This document shows positions 1-10,700 of a stretch of 64,000 nucleotides of DNA, in pieces. The notes beneath the pieces are model-generated. The model saw only the letters and a list, made by a program, of their open reading frames with translations, searched no databases and was not told the origin of the DNA. The position numbers and the translations under genes are program-made. Source of the stretch: Carpediemonas membranifera BICM (taxonomy: Eukaryota; Protista; Fornicata); NCBI GenBank assembly GCA_019828565.1, contig JAHDYR010000043.1, positions 28,512-92,511 on the forward strand, written 5' to 3'. Within the stretch, counting starts at the first letter, position 1. Each line of letters begins with the position of its first letter.

Positions 1-206
1 CCACACTAAGCAACATCTGTTTCTGCTCGTCTAGCTTCGTCATGAGCTGCATCCGTTTCGCTTCGATGCCGCCAATGGGAATTCCCACGATTACTCCAGT
101 TGGCGAGCACGTAACGCGAACAATACGTGCATTCTGCGGTGCGGATGCACAAATCCACTGGCATTTAGCCGGTTTCATTGTTACGCCAATTTGTCGGAAA
201 GCTTCG
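1..206 (-). pseudogene. Fragment of a non-LTR (CRE/R2-type) reverse transcriptase running off the left edge
   Basis: Minus-strand translation FEAFRQIGVTMKPAKCQWI...TGVIVGIPIGG resembles RT motifs 6-7 and aligns with GMRLNRSKCLV...VVVGAPVG of the element at 57527-61145. Not in the ORF track. Confidence 0.65.
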
Positions 207-273
207 AAGACAACGGGAAACAAGCTCAGTCCGGGGTCAGAATCCAAGCACCATAAATTTCTTTCTTTCTTTC
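207..273 (+). mobile_element. 67-bp 3' end of the LINE with (TTTC)n tail (LINE copy 5)
   Basis: Identical to 15901-15967. Confidence 0.9.
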
Positions 274-303
274 AAGTACTACCTCGATCTCGCCCCGCGA
301 AGC

Positions 304-616
304 TGGCGCTACATCGTCAGTAAGGTTACCTCGGGTAACGGGCCCGGAGCGGAGGGCGATGTGATAGCCTCACTCCGGGCAAAAGGTGTTTCGCCGGTCA
401 GGCGAGTCACGCAGTTTATGCGGACAGAATGGCGCAAAGTTCGGATCCGCCGGATCCGACGGCACGGTACCAGTTACGACTGGTATACTCCCTCTCCCTC
501 GGTAAGCGGAGAGGACTTCGCGTTTAACTTACACTAGCTTCCTCGTTAACATTGTGTAAATTAAGCGCCCCCCCGTTGGTTAATGAAAAGAATGTCATGA
601 GGCTAGGATAGCTAGC
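304..616 (+). mobile_element. YR-1: solo A-C-B remnant of a YR retrotransposon (same family as YR-5)
   Basis: 304-463 is near-identical to the 5' repeat at 22522-22682 and is followed directly by a hairpin module, a C-run and a B-type end (GCTAGgatagCTAGC). No ORFs. Confidence 0.8.
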
Positions 617-742
617 CTCTGGCGTTACATCGCGCTGACAGGTTACCTCGGGTAACGGGCCGTGAGCGGAGGGCAATGAGATCGCCTCGCTCCGGCATGG
701 TGATGCGCCGACCAGGCGAGCCGCGCAGTTTATGCGGGCAGA

Positions 743-1266
743 ATGGTAGAAAATTCGGAACATCCAGATCCGACGGCAACGAGGCTCAATAACCTAGAAG
801 CCTCAATCGCTACCATCTCGCAACAGCTTGCAAAGCTTAATCCGCCTCCTCCGCCGCCCGAGACCGAGCCGCCGAAGGAATCCCAAATTGATTTCTTCCC
901 TGAACAAGATGAAGCGGATATTGACCAAACACTGGCAGAGATGGATGCATACGGCGAGCTTCCGACAAAGAGACCACTTAAGGCGGAAGCAAAGTGGCTT
1001 CGCCGCGTGATGGTGATCGTCAACGCCCTCGACGACGAGCCGCTCAAAGCAAGACTCCTGGTGGAACTCCAAGCACGCCGTATCCTTCTGGACCTCAAGG
1101 ACGACAACTGGTCGGACGCAACCTGCGAACTGTTTCTCAGTTCAACACGTCCCAGACCAAAACCCCCCGTGCCATCTCCTACTGCGCAGCCAAAGCCAGA
1201 GCCAAGGGTAAGAGAAAGGACCAGCCCCAGAACAACGGGGGGTTTCACAAGAAGCACAAGAAGTAG
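743..1266 (+). pseudogene. YR-2 gag-like ORF (frameshift near 1135)
   Basis: LPTKRPLKAEAKWL...LDLKDDNWSD is shared with the first ORF of the other YR copies. Confidence 0.75.
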
Positions 1267-1295
1267 CCCTTGCCACAGATGTTCAGTTCCCGTCA

Positions 1296-3200
1296 ATGAA
1301 CAAAAAGTGGCCGGTGTGGGCAAGACTCGGTGCCTCCCCCGAGGTAGTAAGCTGGCTGCGGGATGGCGTCCCTATCCACCTCACCTCTGCGCCCCCTCCA
1401 CCAGAACCGCAAAGGCGAGTGGACCCCCGCATACTCCCGAAGATCGAAGAGCTAGTCGCCAAGGGCGTCCTCTCCCCGTGCCCGATAGACGAACTGCGTC
1501 ACAGCGCACCCCTGTTCGCGGTGTCGAAGGGCAAAGACGATGTCCGCCCCGTGCACGACCTCCGAGCCCTGAACGAGTTGACAGCAGAGCTGAGGGTGTT
1601 TCGTCTGTTCGGCATCAGACGGGCGGTCCGCAATCTGCACAAGAACGACTACATGATCAAGATAGACCTAGCATCGGGATACCACCAACTTGGCGTCGCC
1701 TCGCGAGACTCCCCCTCCTAGGCGTGGTCCTACCGGACGGCCGCGCAATCAGGTACAACACACTCGGCTTCGGATGGACAGCGGCGCCGTACGTGTTCCA
1801 GAGCACGACCACACAGCTTGCAAAGATCATCGCACACAGGTTCGGGGTGACCATCGCGGTCTATCTCGACGACTTCTTAGTGTCCCATGCCTCCCCATCG
1901 TACCTAGCTTCGGTCACCCCGCAGATCATCGACCTCATGCTATCGCTGGGGGCGATACCGGGCCTCAACAAGTGCGTCCTCACGCCGACCTAGCAGGTAG
2001 ACTACCTAGGTGTCCACATAGACACCGCAAGCGAGTCCCTAAGAATCTCAAAAGACAAGGCCGAGACCTACACGGCCACGATCGATAGCCAAGGCCCTCC
2101 GGGTCGGGTCCATCACAGCTTCAGACTGGCAGAAGCTCCTAGGCCGTCTGTCATTCTTCGCAGGGACCACACAGTTCGCCCGCCTCGCACTCAGACCACT
2201 CCAGGCCACCCCTACAACGGAGACCGTCCACCTCTCCAGCCAAATCCGCAGGCAGCTGGCGGCGTGGCAAGTCCTCCTCCGCGATCGCCCACCCAAGAGG
2301 TTCGCCGAAACAAGAGCGGACTGGGAAATACGCGATACGCTCCAGATTTCTGTCACCTCAGACGCATCAACGTCCGGCTGGGGAGCATGCCTGTTCAATG
2401 GGGAGAAGGGAGCGGCATCACAGGGTGCCTTCCCCCCTCATCTCAAGGGGGAACACATTGGCGTCAAGGAGCTCTTCGCGATCGCTCAGGCGATCAATCT
2501 CGTGCCCCAGCAGGAGTCACGCTCCTCTCTCACAGTCTTTGCCGACAACTCAGCTGCCATCAACTGGGTAAACAGACGGGGATCGCCGAACCTCCCCCAG
2601 CCGCACACCAGATCCTACAGGACATCTACAACACGGCAGAAACCAAGCGCCTCGACGTCCACTGCTTCCATATTGCCGGACACCTGAACGTCCAGGCGGA
2701 CAGGCTCTCCAGGTTCGCCAAGCTCGACTGGTCGTCACCCCGAGAAGTCTTGGAAACCATCATGCGCAAGTGGGGGCCGGTCGAGATCGACGTCACAGCA
2801 CGCCCCGACAAGGTTCTGGCCTTACCAGGCTTTGCAGAAATAGCCTGGTCAATCCACGACAACGGCTTCCAGATGGACTGGAGGGGAGTCAGGATTTATA
2901 TAGCTCCTCCTATAGCCCTTCTTGGAGTGACGTGTCGTCGCCTCCAGACAATACGCGCCTCGACCCAGACTGGGAACCCTCGACACTGGAGATCAGCGGC
3001 GATAGTCCTGTGCCCGGACCTCAACTCGCCCGAGGTCCGAGCCATCAAACGTTTGACACCCCTCAAGTTGTACCTCAGATTCCAGGCGAAACACCTCCTG
3101 CAGTCCGAGCTAGCCTGGACAGCGACAGACAAGGGCAAGATCCGCTTCGTGGCGCTTATCCTGAGGACCCGTTCCAAGCCCTCCTCGCTGACGACCGACT
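1296..3200 (+). pseudogene. YR-2 RT-RNase H-methyltransferase-like ORF, several frameshifts and a stop
   Basis: KIDLASGYHQ, LGFGWTAAP, YLDD, ADNSAA, HIAGHLNVQADRLSR, WGPVEIDVTA, YIAPP. Confidence 0.9.
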
Positions 3201-4074
3201 ATCACATTTCAGAAACGAATCGTCGCGCCGCACAGCAGCGGGCTGGGTCGCCAAATTCCTCCAATCCCGCAACGCGAGCCACTCACACGCGCAACAGCTC
3301 AAAGAGTTCCTTCTGACCGAGGGTACCACGTCGGGCCCACAGTCGATACACAGGAAAGGCTACTGGATTTGCGAGGCCGCCCCACTCGTGTCTGACTGGC
3401 GCCCCCCGACCGCTGCCAAGCAGATAATCGCCGCCGCCCGGAACGTCGCCTCTGTAGAAGGCCTGACCGGGGGTGCGAAGCCTGTCACGTCCGCGAGAGT
3501 CCGCAAGGTCATAGACAGACATCGGAAGTCACCCCAAGCCTTCCAGGCCGCCCTCTTTTCTGCTCTCTGCTTTATCACCGTGAGTAGAGGCGCAGAGATC
3601 TTTGGGCTCAGACGAAGAGACGTCGAGTTCGACGCTGATGGCAATGCCCTCCTTCTGTTCGCGAGAACTAAGACTGCCACAGGCGTCCGCAAGCTGGTAC
3701 CAAACCAATCGTGGGCCCGCTTTAACCCAGCAAGGGCCCTGAAGGCATGGGTCCCCACGGCAACGCGCCGCGACGACGACCTCATCTGGCGGGCGATCAC
3801 CTCAACCGGTGGTATTTCACTATCGAAGCCGCTACCGGCGTCAACCCTTCGCCACTGGATCCACCAGGCGTACGGCACCGACATTTCGTGGCACTCATTC
3901 CGCAAGGGCGCCACCACGGAGTTGGCGGTAGCCCACACGAGTACCGAAGTCCTCCTGTCCATGGGGACGTGGGCCTCCACGAAAAGCATGCTGAGATATA
4001 TGGGCAACGGGGTCCGCACACACCCGGGGGTCCAGGGACACCTGGCCTCCATCCTTCTCCAACCACCACTTTAA
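2770..4074 (+). CDS. YR-2 tyrosine recombinase, overlapping pol in another frame (true start uncertain)
   Basis: Catalytic set R (VSRGAEI), K (RTKT), HxxR (HSFRKG), W (GTW), Y (LRY). Confidence 0.9.
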   Translation: MGAGRDRRHSTPRQGSGLTRLCRNSLVNPRQRLPDGLEGSQDLYSSSYSPSWSDVSSPPDNTRLDPDWEPSTLEISGDSPVPGPQLARGPSHQTFDTPQVVPQIPGETPPAVRASLDSDRQGQDPLRGAYPEDPFQALLADDRLSHFRNESSRRTAAGWVAKFLQSRNASHSHAQQLKEFLLTEGTTSGPQSIHRKGYWICEAAPLVSDWRPPTAAKQIIAAARNVASVEGLTGGAKPVTSARVRKVIDRHRKSPQAFQAALFSALCFITVSRGAEIFGLRRRDVEFDADGNALLLFARTKTATGVRKLVPNQSWARFNPARALKAWVPTATRRDDDLIWRAITSTGGISLSKPLPASTLRHWIHQAYGTDISWHSFRKGATTELAVAHTSTEVLLSMGTWASTKSMLRYMGNGVRTHPGVQGHLASILLQPPL

Positions 4075-7000
4075 ATCTCTGACGGGAGCTATTGGCTGGG
4101 AGAGCTAGGTAGGGTGGGGCTGACACGCGTTACAACGGCAGATGTAAGCCACAACAGACATTCTTTGACGCGGTCTCTCGAGGAGACGGTCGGTTTGGGC
4201 TCGCAAGCGTGCCTGCAAGCCATTCCACTATGCTCGTTGCCGGTGGGATATCCCCGTTGGGTAGAGCAAGTATGTCTAGAGGCTAGGACAGCTAGCGGGG
4301 TTCTACACAGAACCGTGGGCGCCTGGGGTGTCGATGCCTCGGGCAGTTTATGTCAGTCGTGGCGCAGAAATTTGGATTTCGACACGCGAGCGCGATGTCA
4401 ACGCAACCGCCTCCAGATGAGAGAATTATGTCTCTTGAGACTAGAATGGAGCAATTGAGCGAGGAAAACAAGGAAACTAACAACCTGTTACGACTAGCAC
4501 TCCAGCGAATGGAAGATTCGGACAAGGCTCAGAAGAAGCATCCTGTTTCCATCAGAACTAGGAACCTACCTTCCAGATTCGGCCTCAGAGATGAGGCGGA
4601 GTTCTTATACGACACTTTGGAGGATATCCAAGAAGGCCGCATCTTGCGGACATGGATCAACTGCAACTCTCGCTAGCGGCGCGCATCAGATACCTCCGTC
4701 TCAAGGATGACAACTGGGACGAAGGCACTCCAACGAGGTTCCAGTCAAAGATCCGCACCCTCATCACCTCGGAGTCGGGCATCATCTCGCAGAATGCCAT
4801 CGAAGAGGCGGCAGCCGCCGCCATGGCAAAGGGTAGACGCCGTTCTTTTCGTCCAGCCGACAAGGACAAGCGGGCGCGAGCCCATTAACAATATCAACTA
4901 CCAAGACTGTACATACTATACATACCATGAACGCGAGATGGAACACATGGCGCCGCTTCGGCGCAGCAGAGAGAGTAGTCACCTGGCTGAGGGAGGGAGT
5001 CCCCATAGAGCTCACAGCGCGGCCGCCACCACCGGCCCCACAACGGCGCTTAGAGCCGCGACTCCCCGAAAATCAGACAGATGGTCCGGCAGGGCGTCAT
5101 CGCTCCGACCCCCATGAGACGCCTGTCACACAGCGCAACCTTGTTCTCGGTTCCCAAGGGGGACGACATACGGCCGTGTCACGACCTGCGTCAACTCAAC
5201 AGAGTAACGAGAGAGCGCCGCTCATTCCGCCTCTTCGGCTTGAAGAGAGCGATCAACATCCTCTCCAAACAGTATTGGATGGTGAGCGTGGACCTTACGG
5301 CGGGGTACAACCAGGTCGAGGTGAGAGAGGAGGACAGACGCCTGCCGGACGGGTCAGCATTCCAGTACAATCGTCTGGGGTTTGGCTGGAGAGCAGCGCC
5401 ATACTTTTTTCAGGCAATAACGTCGCAGCTGGCCAAGATCGTAGCGATGAGGTTCAAGATCAAGATCCTGGTCTACCTGGACGACTTCCTACTGGCCCAT
5501 CACAACAGAGACGAACTGCTCCGCATGATACCGGAGATACAGAAGGTCTTCGCTGCCCTGGGAGCAACAGTCAACGAGAGGAAGACCGATTGGATCCCAC
5601 GACAGGTTCTCACCTATCTGGGCATCACCCTCAACACCACCGCAATGACTGTGAGACTCCCAAAGGACAAGGCCCAGAAATACGCAGCCTTCTTGAGCGA
5701 TGCGACGCGCTCCTCCTCCAAGCCCAACGACGAGGAGACGTGGGCCAAGGTGCTCGGGCAACTCTCCTTCTTCGCGGCGACCGCTCATGGCTGGAGTCTC
5801 AAGCTACGCTACCTACAACAGGGGAGCCTGGACCAGCTCCGGCAGAACAACAGCCTAATCAAAGAGTGGCTGGAGGTCCTCCGAACCAGGCCCCGCAGAT
5901 CGTTCGCGGAGATGCGGGCCCTCTGGGGAGCTTCACCCAGTATAGACCTGGCAATCGCGACAGACGCCTCGCAACGAGGGTGGGGAGCGGTGTGGTTCCA
6001 GGACGAGGAAGGCCACACGCGCGACAAGGGAACCTTCCCGGATCACCTTCAAGAGCTCACATCAACGTCAAGGAGCTTTACGCGGTGGTGGAGGGTGTTC
6101 GCCTTATCAACTCCTCCTCCAAGCAGCGAGAATTAAGGGTATACACCGACAACACGGCAACGCGGGCGTGGGTGAACAAGGCTGGCTCCACGCGGGCACC
6201 CCGTCAGGCACTCGCCCTCCTCAACGAGCTGCAGGTGCTGGCAGACCACAAGAACCTAGTGGTCCACGCAGTCCATACCCCGGGCAAGGCCAACGTGATA
6301 GCAGACAGCCTATCGAGGCAGGAGATTCAGCCGGACGTAGCCTTCACTCCCCCGCACATCATAGAGCAGATCACCCTTTCATGGGGCCCTGTACAACACC
6401 TCTGGGAGGCCTCCGACATGGAACACCAGTGGGTCGGCCGGGTCCTTTTGGTCCCGACTACGTCTATACTTGGTCTCCTAACGCGCAAGCTGAATGCGAC
6501 TCAGACAGCGACTCGGACTTCATCCCATCCGAGGGCGATGACTTCAGCGATATTCCTCCTCATACCGAACCTGCAGTCCCCGGAAGTACGAGTGCTCCGG
6601 TCCTGGGCGAGCCACACACTCCCGTTCTCAGTGCCACTGAACCAGCTAGAACCAAGGAGGGAGGAGCTCTCCTGGATGGCACGACAGGACACTGTCAGAC
6701 TGCTGGCCCTCTGTCTCCCGACGACGCTCACGCATACCTCCTAGCCTCCAACCGCCTGGCCCACTTGCAACCATCAGGGGCCGCTACGGCAGCGGGGTGG
6801 GTAGCAAGGTTCCTTAGGGAGCGGGATGAGTCACAATCGCCAGCCTCCCAGTTACGTTCCTTCCTCCAGTCGGAGGCAGAACACTGTGGCCCAGAGAACG
6901 TCTCGAGAAAGGGGTTCTACATAGCGGAGCTCGCTCCGATGGTCTCTACGTGGGTACGCCCGGCAGAAATCATGCGAGTGGTCCGTGGAGTGGCCAAGAC

Positions 7001-7777
7001 GGCCTCCACGGCGGGTCTGACCGGTGGCTCAAGGGCAATCTCCAAGCCAGAGATGCGCTACCTCATCAGTATCCGGCTCAGAGACGCCGCGTCGTTCCAG
7101 CTAGCACTGTTCGGCACACTGGCCTACCTCACAGTCTCTCGAGGCAGAGAGATCTTCGACCTAAGAGTCAAGGATGTCACCTTTCAGCCAGACAAGTCGG
7201 TCTTGCTGTTCTTCGCACACACAAAGACTGATAGGGCCGTTCGGAAAGCCGTAGCTTACGTAACCATCGATGGATTTAACCCGGCGCGGGCCTTGCATTC
7301 CTGGCAGTCCACCAATGATTTCAGCAAAGTGGAAACACTTCGATCATGGATGGACAAGGACCAACAGGCCTGGCCTATATGGATAGGGCAGTGCCCCATG
7401 GAGCTCAGAAGGAGCGGCCTTGGCCTCCTGTCTGGACATTCAAGGGTTGCCATCAGGGCATACCGCTGGGCGCGAGTGGGAGCTCCACGCCCATACCAAG
7501 GAATCAAAGTGTCTTCATGGAACGTATGTTTACAAGGAAAAGGAAAACAACCGTCGAGGGCCGGTGCTAGCACCGGCGGCTACATGGTTTTGTCAAGACC
7601 ACAAGGAAGGAAGGGCAGCACAAAAGGGAAACAGGGGCCGTCGATAGAGGCTAAAAGGAGACTACGAACAAAGCAACAACCACTACACAGAAAGGCCCGG
7701 CTACTCAGAAAAGGGCGACGCATTTTTAGGACCGCGCCTTTTTGAAAGAATGGCCTATATAGTACGGAGCATGGACA

Positions 7778-10700
7778 ATGGGAGAAACTGGAAGGCCTGG
7801 ACGGAGACCTCACCCGGATATGTACATGTGGCCCGACTTTCGGACCCAAAAATTCCGACCCAGTTTATGGACTAGAAAAAGGGGAGAAATTTTGCACTCA
7901 ACAATGCAGGTAGAAATACCGACAAGGATCAGGGATTCCACGCAGAAGCAGTGGGAGGACATCAGGGAACTACTGGACAGCTTCCTCGCTGAAAGGAACG
8001 ATTCAAGGACTCTACTTCTTCGTAGAACAGGCAAGTTTACAGGAAAGTCGCTCAATGCGAACTCCAAAGGACGCAAGGAAGTAATCATGAACGCCAGACG
8101 CATCCTCTTCGCAACCGGCGTCACTGACAACAAGGACATCATTCTCAGAAACCCATGCGGCATCCACGGCCTCCGAGACCTTTTCTACATGCTCACAGAG
8201 GCGCTCAACCCCAGAGACGAGGAAGCTAAGGACATGGCACAGGCACTGGAGCCCAAGACGCTGAAAGCGGGCTTCACTGGCATGGCAAGATGGCCATCTG
8301 AGAAGGACATCGAGACGGCGATCCTCAAGCCGAAGGAAGATGGGCCCATCGAATGGAATGGAGACAGGGACAGCGTCAAGAAGGCCGAAGGGTCGTTCAT
8401 ACTGGTATCAGGGGCTCATGGAGACGAGGCCGTAGAAGGCGTGCCTTACGACAAGGTATGGGATCCGGCAAACCAAGGCCCGGTCACCAGAGTGGCCTAC
8501 GAGCAAGAGGACGGCAAGTACAGGGTCATCCTAGAGCTAAGCGACACGTCAGCATGGTCCATCAGCCGCTTCATGGAGGAGGCCAGGGACATCCTCAGGC
8601 TTCAGGCACCGGAGGCCCCGGCCATATGGCAGGCAGCATGGAACAAGTCAGGGATCTACCTGAAGGGCAGAACCAATATCCTGGGCGAAGGGGAGGAGAC
8701 CCCCCTTAGCAACGAGCCGCCGTTCCGGAAGGTGAGGCTGGAAGTGCTCAAGGCCACCTCGGTCCGCAGCAATAGGGACGAACATGCCGATCTGGACAGG
8801 TCGTCCGCTAGCACGGTCATCGACGGAGACGAGGAGCAACATGTCAAGGACAAGGAGGAACGACGCCAGCAGGCCACCATGCCCGGCAGGAGAAGCCTCG
8901 ACGACAGCCTCCTGGAAGTGAACAAGAACATGGCCGGGGCCAACCAAGGCAAGATCGACCAGGACGAGGAGGTCGACTCAAACAAGGACAGCAGCCAGCC
9001 GCCGAGGATGCCTAGAAAGGACAAGGAGAAACGACTGGTGATCGGAGCCATCGACTTCGAGTGCGCAGACCCTGGCGTCAAGAAGGCAGGGATCCCTGCC
9101 ATCCCGGTTGAGGGCGGGATCGTACTCTTTGACCTCAGCACTGGGGACATTCTTGGACACGGGCATGGCCTGTATTACCAGGACATACCGGCAGCAAGCA
9201 TGGACCAAGCGAGGTACACGGCATGGGCAGTGACGGGGCTGCCGCCGGCCACCTTCGTGGAGGTCGGGACGGGGCGGCCGCCGATCGAGTATGAGAAGCA
9301 CATACATACTTTCAGGGACTGGGCCAACCGCCTGGCGGCTCAGCTGGCAAGGATCGAAAGGTCGGAGGGTTGGAAGATAATCATGTATGCAAAGGGGGTG
9401 GAGATGGAAAGCTTCCTCCTCACGAACCCCACAAATGGACTGGAGCAAGGAACCAGGGAATTCTTCCAAGCTAGGCTGGTGGACGAGAAGAAGCTACCAG
9501 AGATCCTGGAGAACAACGGCAAGGAGGAGGCTGGCCAAAACCTCAGGGACAACCTCGACAAGGCCAACTACCTGGAAGCAGTAACAACATGGTCAAATGG
9601 ATGGCAGAACAGGAGCGAGCCCAAGGGAGTCTGTCCGTACCACAGACACACCGCGGGTTGCTACCACTGTGGGTTGGCGGATACAGTAGTCTTCACAGCC
9701 AGGATCAGGGCCCTATGCAAGGAGAGGATGAGCACCCCAGACGTCTACCACTACATGGGTAAGGCACTCGACAAGACCATGGAAGCAGTCGGGAAGGCGG
9801 AGCCGGGCATGGATATCATGGGAGGCCCGGAATTCGCGACAAGGAGGGACACCTTTGAGATCTTCGGCACGTACCCGATCGGGGACGCAAGGGACGTCAG
9901 CAGGGAAGTCGGCGACAGGATCCTCGTAGTCCCGGACAACGGACACCGCTTCGGCATCGGCTTCGGGTTCGGGGAGGTTCTGTTGGGCATGAAGGGCATC
10001 TTACTGGCCCCCCTCACAACCATGGACAACGAAGGTGTACTGGAGAGAAGCCCGCTATGGACCATCATGGAAAGAGCCACGGCTAACCAGCTCCGCATGG
10101 TACGCGTCAGGAAGGGCCTAGGGGCAGCAAGGGAGGAGGACATCATAACCATGGCCATGCTATACGATTGGTGGCCCTCGAAGGAGGCTACGGCTCATCA
10201 AGGAGTCTGGGGCTGCGACGACCTAGCAGAGAGCCTCAGGGACTATGAGAAGGTCATAGTCAACGTCAAGGCCCCCAGGAACAGGGGTAGGATCACCCTA
10301 GGGGCGAGCTTCATCCCGAGAGACTGGGGCATGGTCAGGGTCAGCGAGGCTGGGACCATCCTAAGCCGTATGCGCAAGGAAGGGGCCAGACTAGTCTCGG
10401 CAGCTATCCCGGACGAGCCCAGAGCCAACACAGTCAATGTCCCAGGCATCACGTATGTCCCCACCATCGACGGAAAGTCCGAACAGCCATACCAAAGTAG
10501 GTTCTTCGACAACGGCCTGGAGGAAAAGGCGAGGCGGATTAGCACCAGGATGGTGGGCAGGCACTTCGGCCAGGACGCGGATCAAGGACATCACGACCAG
10601 CATGGAGACAGGGAAGAGGACAGAAGGGTAGGACACGGAGCCGGCGGTAGAGCTGGTGTCAGAGCTGACGACAGAACCGGCGACAGAGCTGGTAACATGA

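Larger units (their letters stand above)
620..4296 (+). mobile_element. YR-2: PAT/DIRS-like YR retrotransposon (A1-gag-pol-YR-B; A2/C/B2 absent)
   Basis: Contains gag, RT (YLDD), RNase H, MT-like and YR ORFs; B repeat 4252-4296 resembles 568-616. Confidence 0.9.

Noticed and set aside
2770-4074. Prophage/ICE integrase or bacterial retron/DGR system
   Set aside because: The YR overlaps an RT-RNase H ORF within split direct repeats, and the neighbours are LINE/Gypsy elements and CCA-less tRNAs with Pol III terminators.
7410-7470. HDV-like ribozyme in the LINE 5' UTR (GCCTCCTGTCTGG)
   Set aside because: It resembles L3 only; P1, P2 and P3 could not be completed.
6168-7745. 525-aa fusion protein (similar chimeras at 18399-19781, 27817-29493, 743-1993)
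   Set aside because: Read-through across insertion junctions or frameshifts, not real genes.
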